A DNA stretch of 64,000 bases. Origin: Epiperipatus broadwayi. Its lineage: Eukaryota; Animalia; Onychophora. Position numbers and translations under genes: made by a program. The stretch is taken from positions 20,088,001 to 20,152,000 of the forward strand of contig JAQFVV010000007.1 in assembly GCA_028023455.1 (NCBI GenBank), written 5' to 3'. The notes beneath the pieces were generated by a model. The model saw only the letters and a list, made by a program, of their open reading frames with translations, was not told the DNA's origin and did not search any database. Below, one piece after another: positions 62,821-64,000 of this stretch. Numbering within the stretch: the first letter of the stretch is position 1; the number at the start of each line of letters is the position of its first letter.

Positions 62821-64000
62821 TTTTATTATTAAGAGTGAAAATATAAGAAATACCATCACATAGCATCTGTAGATGTATATTGTTGATATATGAATTAATG
62901 CAACTGCCAGTCATTTGAAGTTTAAACATTTTTTAAATACTCAAGATGAATAGAAATCACATTCTATTTTGCATAAGATTGGTGTATTGAAAAAATATTA
63001 ATTTATTAACACAGACATAAAGATTTGTGTGTTTAATATTTCTAACTTACCTGATAAATAGAAAGTGGTTTATAGAATACATGCATCGTGAGAGAGGGTA
63101 ATCTAAGATTTTGTGCTGATAAATGGTTGCAATATCATGGGATAAAATGCACTGATAAAATCAAAAAATGTGAAAACTAACATTTATAAATTTAGATTTT
63201 TATGCTGGCCATATCATTGTGCCTTGAGCTCTGTTTTTATGTTTGCTGGAAGAAAACGATTCCATTTAATTTTTTCACAAAAATAAAAAAAACATATGGC
63301 ATTCTGTGTTGTCAAGATAATAAATTGAAATTGAATGTCATAAAAAATTCTCCTGATTCAATTGCAGAAGGTATTCAACTTCCTTAAAGAATGAAGGATG
63401 AAGTAAACTACAAAAACTGTTGGATGGCTTCCTGATCTTAGTAATGTCAGATCGTTTAATGCTTGAAGTGAACAGTAGAACATAAAGTTAGACCCATGAA
63501 TGCCACTTCCTGTTATTTTAGTAAGTTTGAACAATAGAAACAACCTTAATATTGTATCTTAGTTTCACTGATTATTTTTGTTTTGAATTTCAAAAGCTGT
63601 GCAGTTTCTATATCTCCACCATTTTTTAATCTGCTTTGAATCTTTTATTATAAAAATGCGTGATGTTTACATCAAGTTTATATTCCTGATCCAAGATAAA
63701 TGAAGCCATAGGATTGGGGGTGGTGCTAGAAACATTTTTATTATCCTTTGAACAATAGTACAAAAATTAGATGTTTGAATTTAATGTTATATACATCATA
63801 TGGTTTCATTTACTTTCAACAGAAATATTACTTTGATAAAGTTAATGCAGAATTTTTGTAGTATCAAAAAAAAGCCAGATATAGTTTTGAATAAGACTGG
63901 AGAATGTTTTATAAATGATAGTTATACATTAACTACAGAGCTGTTGGAATTTTTTTTTTAAATATATAGTTAGGTGAAGCTATGCCATAATATTAAAAAT

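Overview
Very AT-rich, CpG-depleted eukaryotic (invertebrate-like, inferred) intergenic/intronic DNA. I could not support any intact host protein-coding gene, tRNA gene, rRNA gene or CRISPR array. The window is mostly decayed transposons: one RTE LINE family (three copies with a (GAT)n tail), older RTE remnants, a second LINE with a C-terminal CCHC knuckle (three pieces), Penelope-like elements (PLE; RT plus GIY-YIG), a Buster/Charlie-type hAT MITE with an 8-bp TSD, a tRNA-derived SINE family, a possible Helitron/Helentron with a Cys-rich pseudo-ORF, and many microsatellites. The main signal is about a dozen minimal type I hammerhead ribozyme (HHR) motifs, roughly one per 5 kb. Several sit in the loop of small non-coding palindromic elements from unrelated sequence families, and comparison of paralogous copies shows them being eroded by CpG transitions. 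Element boundaries were placed by eye and are approximate unless a TSD or TIR is quoted.
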